From an uncultured Gammaproteobacteria bacterium (GTDB lineage: Bacteria > Patescibacteriota > Microgenomatia > UBA1406 > HO2-37-13b), in contig CAYQYZ010000006.1 of assembly GCA_964422025.1 (NCBI GenBank), forward strand, positions 4,157 through 68,156: a stretch of DNA of 64,000 bases, in the 5' to 3' direction. Made by a program: the position numbers and the translations under genes. Positions 37,090 to 45,605 of the stretch are shown here, in pieces. The notes beneath the pieces were generated by a model, which was not told the DNA's origin, made no database searches, and was given only the letters and a program-made list of their open reading frames with translations. Position 1 is the first letter of the stretch, and each line of letters starts with the position of its first letter.

Positions 37090-37611
37090 TGTGCCAACTT
37101 GGCCATTTTTACGATGCTGTCCGACTGAACAGTAGAACTCAAATGTTCCCGCCTTTGTAGCAGTAAATTCAACCTCATTCGTTTCTCCTGATTTGGTAAT
37201 AGGTAATTTTACACCTAACTCGTCGATCATAAAGTCATGCATCATGTCCTTACTGGTCATAACAACTTTAATTTTATCTCCGACTTTTGCATTAATTACA
37301 TTAGGTTTGTAATAAAAGGCTCCAGCTTCAATAGTTACCGTTTGCATCGTTACATCTTCATTAGCTGAATCAGATGTTTCTTTCATTGATGTATCAGCGT
37401 CTGCGGGAGCGTCAGAATCGGCTTGTGTCATACCTTCTTGTTGTGTCATTTCGGTTGAGTTTTCTCCGCCAGCTGGCGGATTTGTAGCCGTATCGCGTGA
37501 TCGCATGAGCAAAAAGCCTCCTACGAGCACAAGGATAAGTACCAGAATCGTTCCCATGACCATCGAGTTACTTTTTTGAGGAATTATTACTTCTTCTTCC
37601 ATATATTTCAC
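37075..37611 (-). CDS. Membrane-anchored cupredoxin-domain protein
   Basis: N-terminal TM helix and an acidic linker. The C-terminal fold carries MMHDF ... FYCSVGQHRKNGQVGTLIV (Cys/His type-1 copper ligand spacing, with Gln where Met is usual). Confidence 0.7.
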   Translation of the reverse strand: MKYMEEEVIIPQKSNSMVMGTILVLILVLVGGFLLMRSRDTATNPPAGGENSTEMTQQEGMTQADSDAPADADTSMKETSDSANEDVTMQTVTIEAGAFYYKPNVINAKVGDKIKVVMTSKDMMHDFMIDELGVKLPITKSGETNEVEFTATKAGTFEFYCSVGQHRKNGQVGTLIVE

Positions 37612-37689
37612 CTCCTTTCATTTTCTAGAGCCCAGTCTAGAATAAAATTCTTAGAAATGCAAGAGAACTGAGTAAATATGAGCGGAGTA

Positions 37690-38637
37690 TTAGATTTGAC
37701 CTTTTAGAAACTCTATTGTCTCTTGTGCATCATTAAGCGTCATCAACTTCATTCGCAATTCAGAAGCCTCATCAAATCCAGAAACATATATTTTGTAGAA
37801 CTTTTTCATGATCGCAAAATGCTTTGTGGCACCCCACGTTTCGTGGAATAGAGTAAGATGTTTCAATAAATGTTCAAGTTTCTCTTTTCGTGGAAATGTT
37901 ACGAAATCTTTTTCTGCATCAAATACATATAAGTTTTTAAATACTCCACGTCCGATCATAATGCCATCCACGCCATATTCAGAATATTTTTGCATACCGT
38001 CAGCCTTACTCAATACATCTCCATTACCTATGATTAGGGTAGGGGAGCCGAGTTTATTTCTCAGCTGAACTGCTTTTCCAATTTCATCCCAGTGCGCGGG
38101 TACTTCCGACATTTCAGCAACGGTACGACCATGGATTATCAGTGCATCCAGCTGTTGCTCAAGCAAGAAACCTATCCATTCTTCTGTTTGGATCGTTTTA
38201 ATCCCCAGGCGAGTTTTTACACTGACTGGCAGCGTACCTGCGCCTTTTTTTGTAGCCGCGATAATTGCCGCAACGCGCTCATATTTTCCAATTAATCCAG
38301 AACATGCATCATTTTTGATTATCTTTTTAACCGGACATCCCATATTTATGTCGATCCCTTCAAATCCCATACCAACTGCAATTTTTGTCGCTTCATAAAA
38401 TTTATCTGGATCCGTTCCCCATAATTGTGCAACTAGGGGTTTTTGACGGAGTGGGGAAGTGCGGAGTCGATGCATTACAGCTTTGGCGCCTACCGAGAGC
38501 ATGCCGTCGATATTCGTAAATTCCGTAACATATACATCAGGAGCCGCACATTCAGCAACAACCTGGCGAAAAACCATATCGGTTACATCATCCATGGGAG
38601 CCAAAACATAAAAAGGGCGGGGGAGTGTTTTCCACAT
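37690..38637 (-). CDS. dus: tRNA-dihydrouridine synthase
   Basis: LAPMDDVTDMVFRQV, GIDINMGCPVKK, and a TIM-barrel FMN-binding pattern. Confidence 0.85.
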   Translation of the reverse strand: MWKTLPRPFYVLAPMDDVTDMVFRQVVAECAAPDVYVTEFTNIDGMLSVGAKAVMHRLRTSPLRQKPLVAQLWGTDPDKFYEATKIAVGMGFEGIDINMGCPVKKIIKNDACSGLIGKYERVAAIIAATKKGAGTLPVSVKTRLGIKTIQTEEWIGFLLEQQLDALIIHGRTVAEMSEVPAHWDEIGKAVQLRNKLGSPTLIIGNGDVLSKADGMQKYSEYGVDGIMIGRGVFKNLYVFDAEKDFVTFPRKEKLEHLLKHLTLFHETWGATKHFAIMKKFYKIYVSGFDEASELRMKLMTLNDAQETIEFLKGQI

Positions 38638-38640
38638 ACA

Positions 38641-41040
38641 TTACTGAGTAGTATTCGTCAATCGTTCGTAAACAACGGACCGATCGAGCGCATTTACCTC
38701 ATTATCTTCGTCAGCAATGATATCACATAATTTGTTGCCGACCAGACAAAGTGCATAGTCGTTTGCTCGAATTTGACCATCTTTATTAATGTCAGCGGCT
38801 TTTTCGAACGATTTGGAGTCACCTAAAACTTCTTCATCCACTACTGATAAATCAAATCTGATTCCATCGTCATTAGTGGCTTTCTGCGGGCATGATAAGG
38901 ATGTTCCATCGTCATTGTTAATATCACATGTGACCATTGCCCGGTTTTGGGCTGGAACTTCTGAAGGAATTGTTTGTGAGAAACGGCCCGTTGCTCCGGG
39001 TTCAATTCTCAATGGATTATCGTACGTTTGGCAATTATCTCCATTCACATCACAGGCTTTAACCGAAACCGATTCGACTGTTTTTTCAGTCGATTGATTA
39101 GTAATGACGAATGTTGATGTAAGGGATAGGGGACCAGTACTTGCCGGTCGTCGACCTCCACGTGAGCCCGATGAACCCCGAGATCTATTACCGCTCCCAA
39201 GTGTGCCGGTTCCGCCTCGTCCACAAGCCCGATCAAAAATTTCTCCAATCGTCGCAGACACTTCTGAGATATCAATAACGTCGGTTGATACTGACTCCAT
39301 AAATTCCACATCTGAGAATAATCCCGTTTTTACAAACACACCATACGTATTGTTTTTATTTTTAGCTACTCGAGAATCAGCATTAGCATTCGCGTATGTA
39401 TTTTCAGAACAAACCGATGCACATGCATTTGTATTCAATCGCGTGTATCCATCTTTCTCATTCTGACGCGGTGCGCATCCAGCCGCTTTTTCATCGGCTT
39501 TATTTAACATATTAGGACCATCTGGGTACACACAGAACCCATTATTGTTGGCGCCTGCATAGCGAACTACCGAAGGAGTGCCATCGGAAATAAATATCGT
39601 TTTTCCCGATGTGCTTTCGAGCGCTTCTTTGATATTCGTCCAATGCAAATTGCGTACGATAGGAAATTGGAAATCTGCGGCGGTAAAGGGTCCTTTCTTA
39701 GCTTGAACATCGCGAGCAAAGAAATTTGTATAGAAATCAATATTATCTTGCGGGTTTGCGCGACCATAAATATGTACTGCATCGGTAATAGCAGTTTGGT
39801 ACTGGTTTAAAATTGCTTGCGTCGATTCAGATGCATCGATCATAAAGGTAATATCAGTACTACACGATGGGGGAGTAGGAGTTTGCGTACGACTAGGAAC
39901 ACGTGTAGGAGGCGTGGTAGGTGCACGTGTTGGCGGAACCGATGGTGCTCGTGTTGGTGGAATCGACGGTACTCGAGTTAGCACAGCAGTAGGCGCTACT
40001 GTATTTCGTGGGGTTACAATGCGCGCAATGGTTGGATCAAGTGGAATAGTAGGTTCAGGCGTCGTTAACACTCCAGGGCACGCAAGCGAAGAAGCGCCAA
40101 TCGTTGAATCGGTACGAACCGGCCTACTTTGTGCTCCTGATAAGGTGTAATATGAAAACGACACTCGGACAGGACTTCCATCTTTCAACCATGAAGGAAC
40201 ATTTCTAAAATAATAAAAATCAACTTGCGGATTCACTTTCGAATTTGGATTTGATGGATTTCCACTACGAACTTTTACATGTAATGCTCCTTTGGGAACT
40301 CCAGAAATTCCATATGTTGTCGCCGGATTCCATTCGATAAGTAAATTATCAGCCGGGTCACTTGTAGCGGGTTTCCACATACGATATTCCTGAGGAGTCG
40401 TAGGACCAGTAAATCCACTTGAAGCCGGATCTACTACATCAGCAATGCCAATATCATACGTCCCGCCAGTTCCCGATAATGTAATCTTACTTATTAACGG
40501 ATCTACCACTACCCGAAATCCAACTCCACATGCATATTGCGACGATTTAAATACTCCTTCAGCCCCACCTGTACCCGTAGAACCCGTGCGTGGAGTAGGG
40601 CGCACATACCCAGGACATTGGCGTGTATCATTTACATATTTCTGCTGGCATGAGCCCGAACTTAGGTCGCACGCAAGTGTAATTCCGGTTGCCTTATCAA
40701 TACTATTACATTGCTCATTACTCTTACAGAATTCATTACATTGCCCCAAACTATTCGGCCCCGTCGCATTACACGGCGGATTTTTAGGATCTCGAACAGC
40801 AGTACATTTACCAATCGCACGATCACAGGTAGTTTGCGTTCCGGTTGTTGTATCAGTTCCACAGTCACCATTCCCCGTACACGTTTTTCCACATAACGCA
40901 CCCGCTGCGTTGGTTCGTACATCTTGGGTTTTATTCACACCTAATCCAAAAATAGATCCAACGACCATTAGAAATAGGGAAGCGACAGTGAATGTTAAAG
41001 CAATTTCTCCACGAGTAGAATATCGGTGACGCATAACCAT
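38641..41040 (-). CDS. Membrane-anchored surface protein: Cys-rich modules, P/T linker, vWA-like domain (DASES MIDAS) and C-terminal dockerin-like repeats
   Basis: The likely start is MVMRHRYSTRGEIALT (ATG 41040), with TGTGTATAAT 6 nt upstream. Features: DITFMIDASES..ISDGTPS, then DINKDGQIRANDYALCL and DEDNEVNALDRSVVYERL. Confidence 0.65.
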   Translation of the reverse strand: MVMRHRYSTRGEIALTFTVASLFLMVVGSIFGLGVNKTQDVRTNAAGALCGKTCTGNGDCGTDTTTGTQTTCDRAIGKCTAVRDPKNPPCNATGPNSLGQCNEFCKSNEQCNSIDKATGITLACDLSSGSCQQKYVNDTRQCPGYVRPTPRTGSTGTGGAEGVFKSSQYACGVGFRVVVDPLISKITLSGTGGTYDIGIADVVDPASSGFTGPTTPQEYRMWKPATSDPADNLLIEWNPATTYGISGVPKGALHVKVRSGNPSNPNSKVNPQVDFYYFRNVPSWLKDGSPVRVSFSYYTLSGAQSRPVRTDSTIGASSLACPGVLTTPEPTIPLDPTIARIVTPRNTVAPTAVLTRVPSIPPTRAPSVPPTRAPTTPPTRVPSRTQTPTPPSCSTDITFMIDASESTQAILNQYQTAITDAVHIYGRANPQDNIDFYTNFFARDVQAKKGPFTAADFQFPIVRNLHWTNIKEALESTSGKTIFISDGTPSVVRYAGANNNGFCVYPDGPNMLNKADEKAAGCAPRQNEKDGYTRLNTNACASVCSENTYANANADSRVAKNKNNTYGVFVKTGLFSDVEFMESVSTDVIDISEVSATIGEIFDRACGRGGTGTLGSGNRSRGSSGSRGGRRPASTGPLSLTSTFVITNQSTEKTVESVSVKACDVNGDNCQTYDNPLRIEPGATGRFSQTIPSEVPAQNRAMVTCDINNDDGTSLSCPQKATNDDGIRFDLSVVDEEVLGDSKSFEKAADINKDGQIRANDYALCLVGNKLCDIIADEDNEVNALDRSVVYERLTNTTQ

Positions 41041-41056
41041 ACTATCATTATACACA

Positions 41057-43498
41057 TTATTGCGTAATTTGACCAAATCGTTCGGTGACTACCGCAAAAT
41101 CTTGAGCGTTGATTACGCCATCCAATATAATGTCATATTTTTTTGCTCCGGAAACATTTCGCTGGTTCTGCAATAGTACAAAATCAATTACATTCACACG
41201 TCCATCACCATTAAGATCAGAAGCTTGCAAAAATGTTTGCGCATTTCCGGTAACCGCTCGATTTGTCGCGGATAAATTAAATTGTACGCTCTCATTTTGT
41301 GTCTCTTTTCGAGGGCAGGGAAGGGTAGAGCCATCTGCGTAATTTACGCTACAAGTAATAAGCTCTCTACTCGAATTAGGCACATTTTCGGGAATAGATT
41401 GCGAGAATTGCGCAATCTGCTGTGGCTCCGCTTGCACCGGATTGGTAAATGTTTGACATGCCAGTCCTGATGAATTACATGTTTTAACATCAACGGATGA
41501 AATTGTTTTATTGGTTGATTTATTTTGAATCGAGAATGATGACATTGATGGTCGAGAACCTGCTTGTTGTTGAGGTGGTACTGGATGACAGGGAGCACTT
41601 GCAATGATACCATCTAGCTTGCTAAGGAATATAGCCATATTGTCGTAGATTTTATCAGGAGGTACTCCGGCCTTACCTAAGTTTAATTTTGAAATTCCTT
41701 CATTTCCTGGAAGTCGCACGGCATGGGTAGCATCCGACGAGCCGACCGGATATGGCTCCTCACATTTATCATTAAATCTGGCCCCGAACATGCGGTCCTT
41801 TTTACAATCATTCTCCTTCATGTAGTTATCATCTCGACCGGGAGTATCCCATACAGGAGTACATCCTTTCGCATTTGTGCCATCCGTATCATACACACAC
41901 TGTAATGGAGTATTGGCGGGATTATTCGCTCTGATGTTGTTAAACGGACTAAGCGCCGATGGAATTCCATCGGAGATTAAAATTTTAACGTCGTCTTTTC
42001 GCTTCATTATTACTTCGAAAGCAGCATTTAAGTTTGTCCAATTTTGATCATCAGCAAGGCTAAATTGAATGGTTTCGTTTGCTGGGCCACCTGACTGACG
42101 AGGTGCAATAATGTTGAACGTATCGTAAGAGAAAGTAACATCTTTGAATACTTTACCTGAAAAAAATCCGTTTAATGGACGCTCAATTTCCGGCTTAATA
42201 TTCTTTTGTTGTGTAGAAGATGTATCAATCATAAAATAAACCGATTTATAACAACGAGGTGGCTGCGTTACGGTCGGAGTAGCCGTTGGAGTAGCGGTTG
42301 GAGTAGGAGTTTTAGTTGCCGTTGGAGTAGCAGTTGTCGAAGGCGTAGGAGTTCCACTAGTAGTGGTGGAAGGCTTACACTCAAGTGAATCATTACCCGG
42401 CAACAAACAGTACATCTTTGGATTTGTAATTTCGCCGTACTGACGATACCTACAATTAGGCTGACCAAGCGCATGCTTTTTGCACTGTACTTCCCCAGGA
42501 ATTGTACACACTTTACCACATTCTATAGCTGGCGTAGGTGTTTGAGTTGTTGTAGGAGTTACTGTCGGAGTCACATTCGTACAAATCTTTGCACGAGCCT
42601 GTTGTGACCATTGACGTTTCTCTCCGGCAACTTTACCCTCATACGTAATGTCTACTCTATATCGTGCTGATCCAATCATCCAGTCAGGCATTTTGAAATA
42701 ATAGCTTCCCACCGTGTCCTTACCTCCACCACCACCATTTATTGTGATACGAATTTCTTTATCATTTACCGGATCAAACGAAACAAAAATTCCCGCGCTC
42801 CCACCACTTGGATAGGTAATCTGTTTCCCAATAGGACCTTCTATATTTGGCACGGCACGAAGTCTCTGGCTATTAACTGCAGTGAACACATTTGCAGGAT
42901 TGTCAGGATCAGTGATTGTTAATGAATTCAACTGTGGGTCCCAGCGAAAAGTAAATTCAACTTTACATGGTAATTCAAGAACACTAAACGCAGTACCCAC
43001 ACCTGACCCAATCGCTCCAGTTGGAGGAAGCCCGGTAACTCCGCCTTCAGCACCTCCACCTCCAGCTCCTCCAGTTCCTCCAGAACTTCCTCCGGTAGGA
43101 ACAATGCAAAATCGTTGAGGACATGCTAGGCCAGACTTACAATCAGATGCTGTAATACATGCGCCCCCTACATCTTTTTTGTCGGTTCCTCCTCCTACAC
43201 GTGCTGTAACACCCGGACAGGAGTCTTTGGCCAGTGCTGGGCGGCATTGACCCGACGCTAAATGGCACAGCACTAAAAAGCCTGCGGCCTGCGAACAATC
43301 GCTATTCTTACTACAACCCGTAGCTCCACATTGAACCCCTCCGGCGGCGCTTGTACGCACGTCCTGCGGTGTCTGGCGATTTAAGCCAATAACGGTACCA
43401 ACAAGCATGGTTATTAAGGATAAAACGGTAAGCGTAAGGGCAATCTCCCCTTGTTTTGGAGCGGATAAGATACGTTTAAAGCTTCTGGCAAAGACCAT
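41057..43498 (-). CDS. Paralogous membrane-anchored surface protein with Cys-rich modules, vWA-like domain (DTSST) and dockerin-like C-terminus
   Basis: The likely start is MVFARSFKRILSAPKQGEIALT (ATG 43498), 9 nt after TATAAT (43513-43508 on minus). Features: VYFMIDTSSTQQ..ISDGIPS, then DLNGDGRVNVIDFVLLQ and ILDGVINAQDFAVVTERF. Confidence 0.65.
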   Translation of the reverse strand: MVFARSFKRILSAPKQGEIALTLTVLSLITMLVGTVIGLNRQTPQDVRTSAAGGVQCGATGCSKNSDCSQAAGFLVLCHLASGQCRPALAKDSCPGVTARVGGGTDKKDVGGACITASDCKSGLACPQRFCIVPTGGSSGGTGGAGGGGAEGGVTGLPPTGAIGSGVGTAFSVLELPCKVEFTFRWDPQLNSLTITDPDNPANVFTAVNSQRLRAVPNIEGPIGKQITYPSGGSAGIFVSFDPVNDKEIRITINGGGGGKDTVGSYYFKMPDWMIGSARYRVDITYEGKVAGEKRQWSQQARAKICTNVTPTVTPTTTQTPTPAIECGKVCTIPGEVQCKKHALGQPNCRYRQYGEITNPKMYCLLPGNDSLECKPSTTTSGTPTPSTTATPTATKTPTPTATPTATPTVTQPPRCYKSVYFMIDTSSTQQKNIKPEIERPLNGFFSGKVFKDVTFSYDTFNIIAPRQSGGPANETIQFSLADDQNWTNLNAAFEVIMKRKDDVKILISDGIPSALSPFNNIRANNPANTPLQCVYDTDGTNAKGCTPVWDTPGRDDNYMKENDCKKDRMFGARFNDKCEEPYPVGSSDATHAVRLPGNEGISKLNLGKAGVPPDKIYDNMAIFLSKLDGIIASAPCHPVPPQQQAGSRPSMSSFSIQNKSTNKTISSVDVKTCNSSGLACQTFTNPVQAEPQQIAQFSQSIPENVPNSSRELITCSVNYADGSTLPCPRKETQNESVQFNLSATNRAVTGNAQTFLQASDLNGDGRVNVIDFVLLQNQRNVSGAKKYDIILDGVINAQDFAVVTERFGQITQ

Positions 43499-43546
43499 AT
43501 ACCTACGATTATATACATAATAGCCTATTTGTTTCAACCCGCAAAT

Positions 43547-43568
43547 TTGTGCCTATTTTGTGCCTAAA
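43547..43568 (+). repeat. Two contiguous 11-bp iterons (ttgtgcctatt ttgtgcctaaa) at the left edge of the ORF-free locus
   Basis: Read directly. They are the inverted counterpart of 44725-44757. Confidence 0.75.
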
Positions 43569-44045
43569 AATGCAAGTCCCCGACCCCAAAAAGTGCCAGG
43601 GAGCAGGGGAGTTTGGAGCATAATAAGGCTATATTAACACTTCCCCAAATGGCCTATAAAACGGATATTGACGAAATTACGCATTAATTACATAAAGGGG
43701 AAATAGGACCAAAGTAGTCAGTCGGCAGGAAGAGAAATTAATGCATTAATAACAAGAAATTAAAAAATGCCAAAAATAGCAGTTCCCCGGAAGTGATGAG
43801 TCAGAACGTCGTAAAAGATACAATTTACGACGTTGTAGATCCTTGTTTCCCTGACCATATTTTCGTCTCTAATACAAGTGGTCGGTTATGTGAATATTCC
43901 GTGATAAACGAAAAGGAGGAGGAGAATGTTGGATGTGCAAATTAGTGTTCTCTTTTAATAATTGCACTGTTCTATTATTTCGTAATAATTACGTTTTGGT
44001 GGTATTCCCTGGAACGCTATTTTGGAAGGTTTTTACACGTGTTTA

Positions 44046-44450
44046 TTTGGAGCGTTATAACGCTCCATTCTGTACTTTTTGTGCCTAATTTCGCGTATTT
44101 AGCATGTATATGGATTGATCCGATTTAGAGCGTAGTACCAGTCCGCACAGATCAATTTGTGGCTAGATTCTAGACCTCTTCACGCCTTCCGTGCATGGAT
44201 ATAGCCATCGTAAGAGCACGCACGCTCTATGTCGATTCTGGAGGGCCTTAGTTTAGAGCGCCGTATAGGTCTAATTCACTTATTTCGTGGCTAATTCTTT
44301 GCATATTCAACATCAGCATCTACATCAATTTAGAGCCTTACAATAATCTAATTCGAAGTTTTCATGCCTAATTCCGTTAGTTATGCACATTATGCATATG
44401 CACAGTTTGGAGTGTAGGACGTCGCTATTTGTGTATTGTAAGAACCACAC
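44046..44450 (+). repeat. Tandem array (~77-nt period) of bipartite units: TTTRGAGC, 27 nt variable, RTGSCTAAT-like 11-mer, ~32-nt linker
   Basis: Units start at 44046, 44124, 44252 and 44329, and the 27-nt spacing was counted in all four. Degenerate units occur at ~44211 and 44406. Confidence 0.7.
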
Positions 44451-44724
44451 TCTCAGAAACAACTTTTAAGTAATTCGCATATTTTGCACGAATTACGCAT
44501 TAATTATCAAATACTACAGGACAGTATATTGTCTTATAGTAAATTATACGGAAAACTCACGTCCGTCACTTTTACTACTCCCCTCCTCCCTACTTCATAC
44601 CTAATATCATGCATTCTAGGCACGATTTTTTTATAATTACGCACGAATTTTCTCGCTTAGAGAGTTTTTTTGGACAAATAATACATAAATTTGACCCTTA
44701 TCGTCGAATGCATTTCAGAGGTGT

Positions 44725-44757
44725 TTCAGGCACAATCTAGGCACAGATTAGGCATAA
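44725..44757 (-). repeat. Three contiguous 11-bp iterons (ttatgcctaat ctgtgcctaga ttgtgcctgaa on minus) at the right edge of the ORF-free locus
   Basis: Read directly. They abut the stop codon of 44760..45605. Confidence 0.75.
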
Positions 44758-44759
44758 AA

Positions 44760-45605
44760 TCACCACTTAACCGTAAGAAGCGTTATCACAAACACAGCAC
44801 CCAACACGAATAAATACTCTCGAATCCTCTCTCTAAACAACCGCGATGTTAAATGCGCGCTCAGTAATCCACACAAACTATAAAACAACGCTGTTACCAC
44901 CAATGAGAATACACTGGGCGTAATCGGAATAAACGAAAACACCATGACCGCCTGTGCCAAAATAACCGAAACAACCAACGCATGTTTAAATACTGATCGT
45001 TCAACATGTTCTTGCGGGTTAATCGACCACACGAAATGAAGCGCCAACGGCAACGACATAACAAAAATCAGTAACCCATTCGCCACAAACAACAAGCGCA
45101 GTGAGAATAGTAGGCTCGTCGCCAAAAACATCGTCAAAGTCAAAAACAGATAGTTAATCGAGAACGCCGCCCGAAACAATTGCAGGCTCTTCTCTACTCC
45201 CACGTTAAATATATTTTGCGACAATAATAATGCATATACTGATATCGAATACAGCACAGCAAAGGGTGCGCGGGCCAACCACCGTTGAGGTAGAAAGAAA
45301 TAGAACAAATAAAAGACAACGGAAAAATACAGCGGAGGAATAAAAAGCATCAGCCATTCTTTATCCGAAATCCCCTCAAGAATCGAAAAGTATGTTAAAA
45401 AATATACCAATACAATTATAGGAATCACAAAAAAACTAGCTGCTTCGAAACTGAAATACGTAGAAACGATCATTAACAATGTTAGAAAAAAGGTAGAAAT
45501 AATAAACCGGCGGCGTTTTTCTATGCGTATAAACAATTTGAACAAGTTCTTTGAAATATCTTTTCTTTTAAGCATAATTCGTATAGACTTTTGCAACATC
45601 ATCAA
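44760..45605 (-). CDS. Hypothetical polytopic membrane protein
   Basis: 281 aa with about 7 hydrophobic helices. The start is uncertain (45605 or 45575), and it overlaps the yebC stop. Confidence 0.5.
   Translation of the reverse strand: MMMLQKSIRIMLKRKDISKNLFKLFIRIEKRRRFIISTFFLTLLMIVSTYFSFEAASFFVIPIIVLVYFLTYFSILEGISDKEWLMLFIPPLYFSVVFYLFYFFLPQRWLARAPFAVLYSISVYALLLSQNIFNVGVEKSLQLFRAAFSINYLFLTLTMFLATSLLFSLRLLFVANGLLIFVMSLPLALHFVWSINPQEHVERSVFKHALVVSVILAQAVMVFSFIPITPSVFSLVVTALFYSLCGLLSAHLTSRLFRERIREYLFVLGAVFVITLLTVKW

Noticed and set aside
44046-44450. Canonical CRISPR array or type II repeat/tracrRNA (the TTTAGAGC anchor resembles the start of GTTTTAGAGC-type repeats, and aataaggcta at 43621 resembles a tracrRNA segment)
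   Set aside because: The conserved blocks are only 8 and 10-11 nt long. There is no 25-nt-or-longer identical repeat, no anti-repeat pairing that I could find, and no cas gene within the window. The resemblance is too short to exceed chance. The array is reported as an unexplained structure and is not called a CRISPR.
43538-44759. Chromosomal replication origin (oriC), with TTGTGCCTAA read as a variant DnaA box
   Set aside because: The motif differs from TTATCCACA/TGTGGATAA at the central positions. No dnaA or dnaN is adjacent, flanking genes on both sides are on the same strand (no orientation switch), and I cannot compute GC skew here. It is kept only as an alternative hypothesis within the main finding.
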